From positions 64,001 to 128,000 of the forward strand of contig CAWBEI010000005.1 in the NCBI GenBank assembly GCA_963787835.1: 64,000 bases of DNA, read 5' to 3'. Position 1 is the first letter of the stretch; every line of letters starts with the position of its first letter. This DNA comes from Ignavibacteriota bacterium (GTDB lineage Bacteria; Bacteroidota; Ignavibacteria; Palsa-1295). The position numbers were made by a program, and so were the translations under genes. Below are positions 41,448 to 51,279 of the stretch, piece after piece. The notes beneath the pieces were generated by a model. That model was not told the DNA's origin and ran no database searches. It saw nothing but the letters and a program-made list of their open reading frames with translations.

Positions 41448-42839
41448 TTAGCTTGTCGCGAGCGCTCCGTTCACGCTGGGATCCTTGGCGTATATTCCTT
41501 CCCGCACGATCTTTCCAAGAATGTCGATCGCGGTATCGACTTCCTCGATGGTATTATACATATAAAAACTTAGCCTGCAGCTTGCGGGAATATCCAGAGA
41601 GTGGTGTGCAAGCCCGGCACAGTGGCATCCCGCGCGGGACTCGACGCCAAATTCATTCAGGGCATTAGCAAGATCGAACGGAGAACGCCCGGCCACGTTA
41701 AAAGCGACTAAAGATGTACGCTTCTTTGCATCCATCGGTCCATATATTTGTATGCCAGGAATTTCTGAAATACGTTCGAGTGCGCTGCTTGTCAATGTTC
41801 GATTGTAATTGGTAATTCGTTCCATAGCCGCTCTCACATCCTCTCGCTCTATTTGTTTATCCGTCATGAAATAGGTATGCTCTTCGGGTGAGAGCACAAG
41901 ATCGAGCAATATTCGCAATGCCTGCGCGCTAACGATCGTGCCTAGAATGTTCGGTGTGCCGGCGCTAAATTTCCAGGGCAGTTCATTATAGTTGATATTC
42001 GTGGGTGTCACCGATCCTGGTATGCCTGCCACCATATCTCCGCCATACAAGAATGGCCGCATCGAGGAGAGCAGTGCTTCCTTGCCATAGAGCGCTCCAA
42101 TTCCAAAAGGAGCAAGTACTTTATGGAACGAAAAGGAAAGAAAATCCACATCGAGCGCTTCGACATCCACATAGGTACTTGGCACCAACTGCGCACCATC
42201 GATGAGCAGATAGGAGCGGCGTTCGCCTGTCGGTTGTTCATAGCCGCTGGCATTTGCGATCGCTCGGATCTTCGAAATGGGATTTTTTGTGCCGAAAAAA
42301 TTCGAAGCACCACTCGCGCATACGAGCTTTGTTCTGTTATCGACAAGGGAGGCCATGTGTTCCAGATCCAATTCTCCGGTCTGTTGATCCAAATTTACAA
42401 GACGGTATTCTACATTGATCCCGAACTTCGGCAGGATCTCTCGGCACATTGCGTACCAGGGCACATAATTGGAGTTGTGCTCCATCATTGTGGTAACGAC
42501 GTTATCTCCATCGCGGAATTCCGTCATCAGTGAGTACATGATCGCATTATGTGCCTCGGTAGTGTTGCGATAGAGAGCGATATTTTTTCGGCTTTTGGCC
42601 CCGATAAATGCTGCGATCGTATCGAAGGACGATTCGAACAGCGTCGTCATGGCGCGGGAGGCGTTCGACTGCCCTCGATGAACATTCTCGTAATCCGGCG
42701 AAAGCTCGCGAAAAAGATCGGCTAACATTTTCGGTGCCTGGGTGCTGGCGGCATTATTGGTGACGATCCGGCCTTTAGTAATCGCTGGAAAATGTTTGCG
42801 AATCGCTTGAACGTCAAGGGTACAATCGGTTTCAACCAT
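41448..42839 (-). CDS. Class V aminotransferase / SufS-like cysteine desulfurase
   Basis: NAASTQ, MEHNSN, DGAQ, SFHKV (PLP Lys), RAGCHCA, RLSFYMYNT. Confidence 0.88.
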   Translation of the reverse strand: MVETDCTLDVQAIRKHFPAITKGRIVTNNAASTQAPKMLADLFRELSPDYENVHRGQSNASRAMTTLFESSFDTIAAFIGAKSRKNIALYRNTTEAHNAIMYSLMTEFRDGDNVVTTMMEHNSNYVPWYAMCREILPKFGINVEYRLVNLDQQTGELDLEHMASLVDNRTKLVCASGASNFFGTKNPISKIRAIANASGYEQPTGERRSYLLIDGAQLVPSTYVDVEALDVDFLSFSFHKVLAPFGIGALYGKEALLSSMRPFLYGGDMVAGIPGSVTPTNINYNELPWKFSAGTPNILGTIVSAQALRILLDLVLSPEEHTYFMTDKQIEREDVRAAMERITNYNRTLTSSALERISEIPGIQIYGPMDAKKRTSLVAFNVAGRSPFDLANALNEFGVESRAGCHCAGLAHHSLDIPASCRLSFYMYNTIEEVDTAIDILGKIVREGIYAKDPSVNGALATS

Positions 42840-42928
42840 CGGGTATTTATAGGATAATTTGGGTATAATATAACGTTAAGTTTTAGAGTTGGGCAAACGT
42901 TCCGCCCTGAATTACGTTATTTTGAATA

Positions 42929-45355
42929 ATGCGCATCTCATTAAACTGGCTTTCGGAATATATTTCGGTCCCATTCACCCCCGAGGAATTGGACCATCGT
43001 CTGACCATGCTCGGCATCGAGGTCGAGTCTGTCGAGCGCGTCGGCGAGCGATGGGATAAGGTCATTGTTGGCGAAGTGCTGGAGGTAACACCGCACCCGA
43101 ATGCGGATAAACTTCGGCTTACACGAGTCTCGATCGGATCGGGAGAGCCGCTTGGAATAGTCTGCGGTGCTCCTAATGTGAGGGCAGGCCTGAAGGTCGC
43201 GGTTGCAACGATTGGGGCAGATCTTGGTGGTGGCCTTGTGATAAAGAAAGCCAAAATTCGTGGCGAAGCAAGCGAGGGCATGATATGCTCCGAACGAGAA
43301 CTCGGCGTATCCCAAAATCATGAAGGAATTTGGGAATTGCCTTCTGAAACGACCGTCGGCATAGCACTCGCGGATGCTCTTGGCTTGAGAGACGTAATAT
43401 TCGAAGTTGGTATTACGCCTAATCGCGCAGATTGTCTCAGCCATATTGGGATTGCTCGTGAGATTCGGGCAATAACAGGGGAGTCAGTTCGGTGGCCGAA
43501 AGTATCAATAGATGGAAAGGGTGGTGCAGTCGCCAACCAGGTTCGAATTAATCTTCCGCAACCGGAGCTTTGCCCGAGATATGTGGCAAAATTAGTCACA
43601 GGCGTGACGATCGCACCATCTCCGGATTGGCTTAAGCGGAGATTGGAAGCAGTTGGGCTACGGCCAATTAATAACGTGGTCGATGTCACAAATTTTGTAT
43701 TGATGGAATGCGGACATCCGCTCCATGCTTTCGATTTTGATGTGGTCGAAAACGGGCAGATAGAAGTTTGCACCGCCGGTAGTTTTGCCGATGAATTCGT
43801 AACGCTCGACGGCAAGAAAAGGAAAATGCCGGCGGATGCGCTGCTCATCACCGATGGCAAAAAGCCTCTCGGAATTGCGGGCATTATGGGAGGCGAGAAT
43901 TCGGAGATACGAGAGAGGACTCGGAATGTCCTCATCGAATCCGCTTATTTCAACCCAACCTCTATTCGTAGAACGGCGAAGCAACTTGGCCTTTCGAGCG
44001 ATGCTTCCTATCGGTTCGAGCGTGGCGCTGATTTCAATATTTTGGAATATGCCGCTGAAAGAGCTGCGCAAATGATCACTGAATTAGCTGGCGGAGCGAT
44101 AGTAGAGGGAATCGTCGATGAAAACCCCAACCCGTTAAAAAATAAAGAGTTACGGTTTCGACCTTCGAGGGCAAACAGCCTGCTTGGCATGACTGTTTCC
44201 TCCGATAAAATGGCTGAGATATTCCAACGGCTTGAGATAGAAGTGCAGAATTCTGAATCAGCCGAATGGCAGCTTACTTCTCCATCCTATCGTGTTGATC
44301 TTGAGCGAGAAGAAGATGCGATCGAGGAAGTTGCGCGCATCGTTGGTTATGATGAAATTCCAACGAGTACGTTCGAGCGTGCTCCGCTCGGCGGCACGCG
44401 CGATCCGTTAAAGCCCAGAGACTTCGATACGCTTGTCCGGAGCACACTCCTATCACTTGGGGCGAGCGAATGTATCTCCGTCCCCTTAGTCAGCGAAAAA
44501 AGCTCGCGGCTATTTCACGAACAGCCGGTTGCGCTTATCAACCCTCTGAACCTCGAACGCGACCACATGCGTACCAGCGTGGCGATCAATTTGCTGGAAT
44601 CAGCGGGCATAAGTGAGCGATTCGGGGCTGCTGGCCAGCGTATCTTCGAGATCGGAAATGTATTTCATTATTCAGAGAAGCCGGAGCAGCTCGGTCATAT
44701 TTCCGAGAGGCAGGAGTTAGGTGTATTACTATCCGGGGTTCAGGAGCCAAAGACTCCCTATAACACTCAAGCGATCAAAGCCGATATTTTTCTTCTGAAA
44801 GGGATGGCTGAGGCTCTTCTATCCAGGCTTGGGATTCGAGACTGGCAATATGAGGCATCCAGCGATGCAATATTTGATGCCTCACAGTCGCTAATCATCA
44901 ATGTTGGTGGCGGGCGTGTATGTCGTCTCGGAAAACTTTTGCCCGAAATTATTAAGGAGTATGATCTACGAAATGATGTCTGGGTTGCGCTGTTCGATCA
45001 TGGCGAGTTATTCATGTTAACGCGGGGCTTGCTTGAAAAGCCTCGTGCCGTGAAGCTATTGCCGAAATATCCCTCTGTTGAGCGCGATATTGCGATCGTG
45101 ATCTCTGAAGGAATTCATGTGAAGAATATCACGGATGCGATATGTGCATCCGCATCGAAAGAGATCCTGAGGCAGGTTTCTTTATTTGATGAATTCCAAT
45201 CGAAGGAAATGAAATTGTCCCATGAGCGAAGCCTGGCATTTCATCTTGTTTTTCGGTCCGATGAGCGCACGTTGGAGGAACATGAAGTCGATGTGCTATT
45301 TAGTTTGATAATTAAGCGATTAGAGGGCGAACTTCACGCACGACTTCGTGTTTAA
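42929..45355 (+). CDS. pheT: Phenylalanyl-tRNA synthetase beta subunit
   Basis: HPNADKL, CGAPNV, TPNRADCLS, RFERG, EEVARIVGYD, RDIA. Confidence 0.97.
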   Translation: MRISLNWLSEYISVPFTPEELDHRLTMLGIEVESVERVGERWDKVIVGEVLEVTPHPNADKLRLTRVSIGSGEPLGIVCGAPNVRAGLKVAVATIGADLGGGLVIKKAKIRGEASEGMICSERELGVSQNHEGIWELPSETTVGIALADALGLRDVIFEVGITPNRADCLSHIGIAREIRAITGESVRWPKVSIDGKGGAVANQVRINLPQPELCPRYVAKLVTGVTIAPSPDWLKRRLEAVGLRPINNVVDVTNFVLMECGHPLHAFDFDVVENGQIEVCTAGSFADEFVTLDGKKRKMPADALLITDGKKPLGIAGIMGGENSEIRERTRNVLIESAYFNPTSIRRTAKQLGLSSDASYRFERGADFNILEYAAERAAQMITELAGGAIVEGIVDENPNPLKNKELRFRPSRANSLLGMTVSSDKMAEIFQRLEIEVQNSESAEWQLTSPSYRVDLEREEDAIEEVARIVGYDEIPTSTFERAPLGGTRDPLKPRDFDTLVRSTLLSLGASECISVPLVSEKSSRLFHEQPVALINPLNLERDHMRTSVAINLLESAGISERFGAAGQRIFEIGNVFHYSEKPEQLGHISERQELGVLLSGVQEPKTPYNTQAIKADIFLLKGMAEALLSRLGIRDWQYEASSDAIFDASQSLIINVGGGRVCRLGKLLPEIIKEYDLRNDVWVALFDHGELFMLTRGLLEKPRAVKLLPKYPSVERDIAIVISEGIHVKNITDAICASASKEILRQVSLFDEFQSKEMKLSHERSLAFHLVFRSDERTLEEHEVDVLFSLIIKRLEGELHARLRV

Positions 45356-45455
45356 ATGAGAACCGAGTACTGCGTACCGAGTACTGAAGGGGATAACTGG
45401 GATTGTTTCTTCAAGATCCCAATTCTTAATTTTTAATTCTTAATTCCTAATTGTC

Positions 45456-46082
45456 TTGACCCCGACCGAATCGCGAGAAGTAGTATTAGGGCTTAGCCGC
45501 GAACGGCTGGCACGCGCAAGCGCTCGGCTGGAGCGTATCGCGCGCGATGCCGCTGAGCGGATTCATCAACTGAAGCAAGAGAAGCAGACACTTGAGCGTC
45601 GCTTGACGGATCTTGACTCTCTCTACACGCAGGAGCGCCAGAACTTCGAGCAGCGAGCATCCTTGCTTTCCAGCGTTGCTACCGAAAGCGAAGAACGCTC
45701 GAAGGCCTTCAACGAACTTAATGCAAGGCTCAACGATCAGGAGCGGCTTCTTAGCGAACAGATCGATACTATTTCCAGACTTGAATCGGAGCTGGCCAGC
45801 CGTGGGGAACAATTGAATAAGCAAAAAGCACTCGAAGCCGCCTGGAGCGCAGAACTGACAGAATGGAAAGCGAAAACCACCCAACTCGAAGAACGCATTG
45901 GTAAAATTAGCTCGGAGCGCGATACGTTCAGAACTCAGATCGTCGAAAACGAGCGAATGAATGCCCAATATGTTCTGCGGTTTACAGCCGATGATCGCGA
46001 TAATGCTAAAAGAACGATGGACAAGCTTATCGATCAGCTTTCGATCGTCGAGTCAAGAATGCAAATTTCGGAGGAAAAATAA
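45456..46082 (+). CDS. Coiled-coil protein upstream of zapA (ZapB-like position)
   Basis: Heptad-rich sequence; pheT-X-zapA context. Confidence 0.6.
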   Translation: MTPTESREVVLGLSRERLARASARLERIARDAAERIHQLKQEKQTLERRLTDLDSLYTQERQNFEQRASLLSSVATESEERSKAFNELNARLNDQERLLSEQIDTISRLESELASRGEQLNKQKALEAAWSAELTEWKAKTTQLEERIGKISSERDTFRTQIVENERMNAQYVLRFTADDRDNAKRTMDKLIDQLSIVESRMQISEEK

Positions 46083-46085
46083 GAA

Positions 46086-46364
46086 ATGGCTCAAACCGTA
46101 AAAGTAACTATTCTGGGCGCCGAATACCCTCTCCGTTCCAATGACGAGGCGCTAACTCAGCAACTTGCGATGGATGTCGATGGGCAACTCCGTGAACTGC
46201 AAACAAAGCTTCCATCCCAGTCCACGACGACACTTGCCGTTCTTGCTGCGCTGAACTTCGCAGAACAGGAAGCTCATACCAAAGAGAACGAGCGACGTGA
46301 ACTTGACCGTATCGCGCTGGATCTGGAGACACTTTCCACGACGCTCGAACAGGCGATGGAATGA
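46086..46364 (+). CDS. zapA: Cell division protein ZapA
   Basis: VKVTILGAEYPL..LA..VD..LAVLAALNFA. Confidence 0.88.
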   Translation: MAQTVKVTILGAEYPLRSNDEALTQQLAMDVDGQLRELQTKLPSQSTTTLAVLAALNFAEQEAHTKENERRELDRIALDLETLSTTLEQAME

Positions 46365-46366
46365 AT

Positions 46367-47203
46367 TTAGGGAATCTTGGAGCTGAGTGGCCCTAAGACC
46401 CCTTGATACTTAACAAGCTTCGCCTCGATCTCGCCTATGAGAATTTTTGAGGACATTTTCACGGGCATGTGATTGTCATCGTCCGTCAGCCATATTTTAA
46501 TCGAGCCTTCGCTCTTGAATAATCCACCCTCCACGACCATCGGCTCGATAACGGAACATTCGAATGTTCCGGCATCGGTCTCAACCTGTTGGTGGCCGAG
46601 CACACGTACATCTAACGGGTGAGTTTTTCCATCGAAGAAATTTTGCAGGTGAATGACATCGCCCTTCCGGGAGTGCGTCATGTCGAGAGTCCGAACATAG
46701 TAGAACGCACTCACAATATCGTGAACGTATTGTGGAGTCTTAAACTCATGGCCATCGCTCGTTTCGGCGGTTTGCGCTTCCGGATCGAAGTTTGCGTCGT
46801 AATCCTTTGAATAACTTCCCTCACGGACGTGCTGCTCGAATCGCCAGGGAAAAATTCCGTCGGCATCCATAAACGTCTCATATCGATCCCGAACACGGAA
46901 GAACAGATCGAGCGCGGAACCGGAAGTGGCTTCTACACGTGTCTCTAACGTTTTTCTGCCATTGACATAACGAATGTCCGGAATGGACATCACAGCCTGT
47001 CCGCCGGTGACACCCTCCCAGTCAATATCGAAAGTGAGGCGCTCGCCAACTGTGAAGGCAGTATTCGACAAATGCCGAAATGTGAACGGCGCAACCTTCG
47101 CCGTGATCGCGGACTGGGCAATGCCCATACTATCGCCCCAGGGATGCCAAAAAAGGCTTGCGGCAACGACGAAAAGTGCTACGATTAATTTATGCCTCAT
47201 CAA
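46367..47203 (-). CDS. DUF3108 domain protein
   Basis: AF.VGERL.F, FRVRDRYE, IWLTDD..HMPVK. Confidence 0.75.
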   Translation of the reverse strand: MMRHKLIVALFVVAASLFWHPWGDSMGIAQSAITAKVAPFTFRHLSNTAFTVGERLTFDIDWEGVTGGQAVMSIPDIRYVNGRKTLETRVEATSGSALDLFFRVRDRYETFMDADGIFPWRFEQHVREGSYSKDYDANFDPEAQTAETSDGHEFKTPQYVHDIVSAFYYVRTLDMTHSRKGDVIHLQNFFDGKTHPLDVRVLGHQQVETDAGTFECSVIEPMVVEGGLFKSEGSIKIWLTDDDNHMPVKMSSKILIGEIEAKLVKYQGVLGPLSSKIP

Positions 47204-47269
47204 TATTTATTAAAACGCCGCAAGTAAGACGTTTCAACAATGCAAATGTTGAATAAAAACGAACAAGAA

Positions 47270-48289
47270 TTACAATTCGGACGTGCTCTTATGGGAGAGC
47301 ATCATTTCAACGCTATTTATTACGCTTTCTACGTCGATACGTTCCATGCAGGTACAATTCTGGCAACTGGGGCAGCCCGTGATCGGGAGTGGGGATAGGT
47401 TACTGACCTTAGTGCCACGGAAACCCCAGCGCGCCTTACTGAGTGGAAGCGGGAGCGGAAACAGCCCGATCGTTGGTGTACCGAGCGCTGCCGCCAGATG
47501 GCCCGGACCTGTGCTTCCCGCGACCACGATGGTGGCCCGTTCAAGCAGTGTGGCTAATTCTAAAAGGGAATGTCCTACAAAAGGGATCGCGCGGCCAACG
47601 CCGACCGAAGCAGTTGCAAGATTGACGATAGGTGCATCCTGAGCAACGCCGGTTAGCACAATGTTCATACCCTGCTTTTCAATTATGCTTTGGCCTAATT
47701 TGATGAATTGCGAAACCGGCCAGGATCGCGTGGAGCCTCCGCTGGTAATATGGAGCACAGCGAATTTTGCACTGGCGGAGCCAAGGTTCTCGACCATCCA
47801 CTGATCAATAAATTCGATCTCAGCTTGTTGGAGCATAATGGATGGCAGTTCAGATTCATTAGCATTGATCCCAATGGATGCCAACATCCGCAAATTATAC
47901 TCTGCTTCGTTATGCTCGGCGGTCTTGCGATGCTCGTAGATCTTCTTTGTAAATAGAAAGGAATACCATCGGTAGCCAGTACCTATTCGCTTTGGCACAC
48001 GGGCCAAAAACCCCGCGAAAGCGAGCCGAAACCGAGGGCTTGGAAAAAATGCTGCATCAATTTTGCGAAATTGCGCGATCAAGTGCCACAGACTTGCCTT
48101 CTCGTCAACAACTCGAATTTCATCCACGTCCGGGCATCGCTCGATGATCGGACGAGTGTATTCGCGTGCAAGAAATGTGATGTGCGCATTCGGGATCGCT
48201 TTCTTGATGGCCCGCGCCATCGGCAATGTGAGCACAACATCTCCCAGGCGGTCGGTACGCGCGATGAGGATTTTGTTCTGAACCTGAAT
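47270..48289 (-). CDS. Glycosyltransferase family 9 (LPS heptosyltransferase-like); start codon unclear
   Basis: KILIARTDRLGDVVLTLP lies upstream of the ORF-track start; STGPGHLAAALGTP. Confidence 0.85.
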   Translation of the reverse strand: MQVQNKILIARTDRLGDVVLTLPMARAIKKAIPNAHITFLAREYTRPIIERCPDVDEIRVVDEKASLWHLIAQFRKIDAAFFPSPRFRLAFAGFLARVPKRIGTGYRWYSFLFTKKIYEHRKTAEHNEAEYNLRMLASIGINANESELPSIMLQQAEIEFIDQWMVENLGSASAKFAVLHITSGGSTRSWPVSQFIKLGQSIIEKQGMNIVLTGVAQDAPIVNLATASVGVGRAIPFVGHSLLELATLLERATIVVAGSTGPGHLAAALGTPTIGLFPLPLPLSKARWGFRGTKVSNLSPLPITGCPSCQNCTCMERIDVESVINSVEMMLSHKSTSEL

Positions 48290-48372
48290 TTATGGGATTC
48301 ATGGGATTTTTGAGATATGACGAATCCATCCTGAAAAATCCTTGAAATCCCGTGAATCGTGGTTCTGGTTTG

Positions 48373-48444
<72 letters not shown>

Positions 48445-48517
48445 AGCGTTCGTGCCGATGCACGCGGCATGTAAAAGCCGGATTGGAGGGAAATGTTTCC
48501 GTAATCCTGATATATGC

Positions 48518-49144
48518 TTACCCCAAAAACTTATTCTGCTCTTTCTGAAGCTCTTTGATAAGATATTTCATTCGCGGGTCATGGGAGCCCTGGGCAAGAG
48601 GGAAGTAGTGCGTCTGCGTTTCCATGATGTACTTGATCGGATTCTTCTTCACGTTGAATTCAAGACAACGGTACGTATCGAGACGATCGGCAAGTTTTAG
48701 CATACGGGCGTCTTCGCTGGCGGCAAGCAGTTTCTCGATATACTCTTTTTCCACCCATTCCTTCATTGCGCCTTCTGCTTTGATGTCCTTCGTCAGCTTT
48801 TGGACGAGATAGCTGGTGTACGAGCCAAAATTTAATTCCAGAATTTCTGGCGTAAGCACATGGGAATCTTCGAGCGTATCGTGAAGCAGTGCAGCGCAGA
48901 GGATGTTGGCGTCGGTATGATTTAGCTCTATGAGCATGATCTTCGTCACGCGGCTGGGATGCCAGAAATATGGGGTGCCATCCGGGCGTTTTTGGAACTC
49001 ATGGACGCTTTCGGCCATGTCGTACGCATCGAGAACTTTATTCACCGCAACGGCATCGATCTCCCGCTCGCGCAACAGCGATTCCAGCTCCTTCCGGGAG
49101 AGATAGGTCTCGTTATATTTAGGATTCCCTTCCTCCAGACGCAT
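48518..49144 (-). CDS. Stand-alone HD hydrolase, RelA/SpoT hydrolase-domain type (small alarmone hydrolase-like)
   Basis: H..QKR.DGTPYFWHP, ALLHDTLED, LTK, KLADRLD. Confidence 0.8.
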   Translation of the reverse strand: MRLEEGNPKYNETYLSRKELESLLREREIDAVAVNKVLDAYDMAESVHEFQKRPDGTPYFWHPSRVTKIMLIELNHTDANILCAALLHDTLEDSHVLTPEILELNFGSYTSYLVQKLTKDIKAEGAMKEWVEKEYIEKLLAASEDARMLKLADRLDTYRCLEFNVKKNPIKYIMETQTHYFPLAQGSHDPRMKYLIKELQKEQNKFLG

Positions 49145-49178
49145 GGTCTATGCCTACATATTAATGCTTCGTTGAATT

Positions 49179-49258
49179 GTCATTCCCGCGAAAGCGGGAA
49201 TCCAGCTTTGGATTTCGTAGAAACTTGGGGTCTGGATTCCCGCTTTCGCGGGAATGAC
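49179..49258. repeat. Palindromic doublet, family B
   Basis: GTCATTCCCGCGAAAGCGGGAATCCAG ... CTGGATTCCCGCTTTCGCGGGAATGAC. Confidence 0.92.
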
Positions 49259-49313
49259 AATTCCTAAAAATCAGCGAAATCAGAAATAAATCAGCGTAAT
49301 CCAGGTTCAGACT

Positions 49314-50414
49314 TTATACATTGAACCGGAAGTGCATAATGTCTCCATCGTCAACAATATATTCGCGACCTTCGCTTCGTAAAAGCCCGGCTTCGCGCAT
49401 GGCGGCTTCGGATTTCAGCCTCAGAAAATCGCTGAATTTCATTACTTCGGCGCGGATAAATCCTTTTTCAAAATCGGTGTGAATGACGGCTGCGGCTTCC
49501 GGCGCTTTCGCCCCCTTGCGGACCGTCCAGGCGCGGATCTCTTTTGGGCCGACGGTGAAATATGTTTGGAGTCCGAGCAGATCATAAGCTGCGCGGACGA
49601 GCGCATTCAATCCTGGTTCTTTCAGGCCAAGTTCACGCAGGAATTCCGCGCGTTCAGCTTCCGGCAGTTCCACAAGCTCCATTTCGATCTTCGCGCAGAT
49701 CGGCACGACGAGCGCGCCTTCTTTTTCCGCGATCTCACGGATGGTATCGATCCATGCGTTGCCGTGGGTAACGCCATGCTCATCGGTGTTGGCAACATAG
49801 AGCACAGGTTTGGCTGTCAGCAGGTGCATCTCGCGGAGCCATAGTTTCTCGTCATCGGAACTGAGCGGGAAGTACTTTGCAAGGCGTCCTTGCGCCATGT
49901 GTTCGCGAAGACGGGTGTAAAAATCGGATTCTGCACGCGCTTTCGCATCGCCGGTCTTGCCTTTGCGCTGGGCGGCGTCCGCTTTTTTATCGAGCGTTTC
50001 GAGATCTTTCAGGATAAGCTCGGTTTCGATGACCTCAATATCGCGCTTTGGGTTGACGGAGCCATCGACATGGATCACATTGTCATCTTCGAACGCGCGG
50101 ACGACATGCGCGATCGCATCGACATCCCGGATATGCGCCAGAAATTGATTGCCCAACCCCTCGCCCTGCGATGCGCCCTTGACGAGACCAGCAATATCAA
50201 CGAATTCTATCGTAGCCGGTACTTCGCGCTCGGTGTTTACCAGCGAGGTTAGCTGCTTCATGCGCGGATCCGGCACCGGAACGACGCCGGTATTCGGCTC
50301 GATCGTGCAAAAAGGATAATTCTCCGCCGCCGCCTGCGAGCTGGCTGTAATAGCATTGAACAGCGTCGATTTTCCGACGTTCGGCAAGCCAACAATTCCG
50401 CATTGTATTCCCAT
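49314..50414 (-). CDS. ychF: Redox-regulated ATPase YchF
   Basis: GIVGLPNVGKSTLFNA, NYPFCTIEPN, DIAGLVKGAS, IHTDFEKGFIRAE. Confidence 0.98.
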   Translation of the reverse strand: MGIQCGIVGLPNVGKSTLFNAITASSQAAAENYPFCTIEPNTGVVPVPDPRMKQLTSLVNTEREVPATIEFVDIAGLVKGASQGEGLGNQFLAHIRDVDAIAHVVRAFEDDNVIHVDGSVNPKRDIEVIETELILKDLETLDKKADAAQRKGKTGDAKARAESDFYTRLREHMAQGRLAKYFPLSSDDEKLWLREMHLLTAKPVLYVANTDEHGVTHGNAWIDTIREIAEKEGALVVPICAKIEMELVELPEAERAEFLRELGLKEPGLNALVRAAYDLLGLQTYFTVGPKEIRAWTVRKGAKAPEAAAVIHTDFEKGFIRAEVMKFSDFLRLKSEAAMREAGLLRSEGREYIVDDGDIMHFRFNV

Positions 50415-50500
50415 CGCAGCACACTACGCAAGCGGCTCACTCAAAGTGCCCGGAACCTGGATTTGGGGCGATTATTTAGATTTGGTGATAGAAGCACAAT

Positions 50501-50591
50501 GTCATTCCCGCGAAAGCGGGAATCCAGTGTTTGCGTATCTCTTCTGCTTTCGTTTCTTCAAGTAATGGATTCCCGCGTTCGCGGGAATGAC
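50501..50591. repeat. Palindromic doublet, family B
   Basis: GTCATTCCCGCGAAAGCGGGAATCCA ... TGGATTCCCGCGTTCGCGGGAATGAC. Confidence 0.92.
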
Positions 50592-50611
50592 AATCATATC
50601 ATCTCTTGGAT

Positions 50612-51010
50612 TCAGAGAAAAGGATTTATGATTCGAACGCCTTCGATGAGTTGGTTATGTTGGAAGTCTTCGGAGTATAGGGTGGTGCAAGTCGCTTCGA
50701 TTGCCGAAGCAAGAATGAGGCTGTCGTAGTATGTATAATGATAACGTTCCGATAGAATGTGGGCGTGTTCTATGGTGGTGAGCGAGACAGTCAGAACATC
50801 GACCACGGTTACAACTTCGCGCACTATATCGTTGATTGTCGACCACGAAAATCGGAATTTCGTGAAAAGTACATTGGAGAGTTCAGAAAGCACTTGTGTG
50901 CTACAAATTCTTCCTATCCCTAAAAAAGCGTTGTTTGCTTTTCGGTATTTTTCTGGCTCGTCCGGTGCATAATTGTAAATAAGTATGTTGGTATCGAGGA
51001 AGTAGCTCAT
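50612..51010 (-). CDS. PIN-domain (VapC-like) toxin
   Basis: FLDTNILIY, STQVLSE, YYDSLILASA, LYSED, INPF. Confidence 0.92.
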   Translation of the reverse strand: MSYFLDTNILIYNYAPDEPEKYRKANNAFLGIGRICSTQVLSELSNVLFTKFRFSWSTINDIVREVVTVVDVLTVSLTTIEHAHILSERYHYTYYDSLILASAIEATCTTLYSEDFQHNQLIEGVRIINPFL

Positions 51011-51228
51011 CTGCGGCGATTTGCTTCCTCACGATCGAATTTCCATCCACGAGTGTCAATCCGAACCGCTTTGAAATGTGCCTGAACCTCCTCTATGGAA
51101 GAAAATCGCTTTTTGCCATTTTCTCCTATTTCATTCATCGTCACTTCAATGGTGTGCCCCCGAAGGTCTTCGGGTACTTCCAGCACGATGGAAGCATCTG
51201 TAGTGGTAATAATTTGAGTATGTTGCAT
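51007..51228 (-). CDS. Putative antitoxin
   Basis: 73 aa ending WKFDREEANRR; ATGA overlap with PIN gene. Confidence 0.8.
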   Translation of the reverse strand: MQHTQIITTTDASIVLEVPEDLRGHTIEVTMNEIGENGKKRFSSIEEVQAHFKAVRIDTRGWKFDREEANRRR

Positions 51229-51279
51229 ACGGGTAGATTCTCCTCTTTATACCAAAACCGCATGGCCGTCATTTCGTTC

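Noticed and set aside
46364-46367. 6S RNA expected downstream of zapA
   Set aside because: Only 2 bp separate zapA from the convergent gene.
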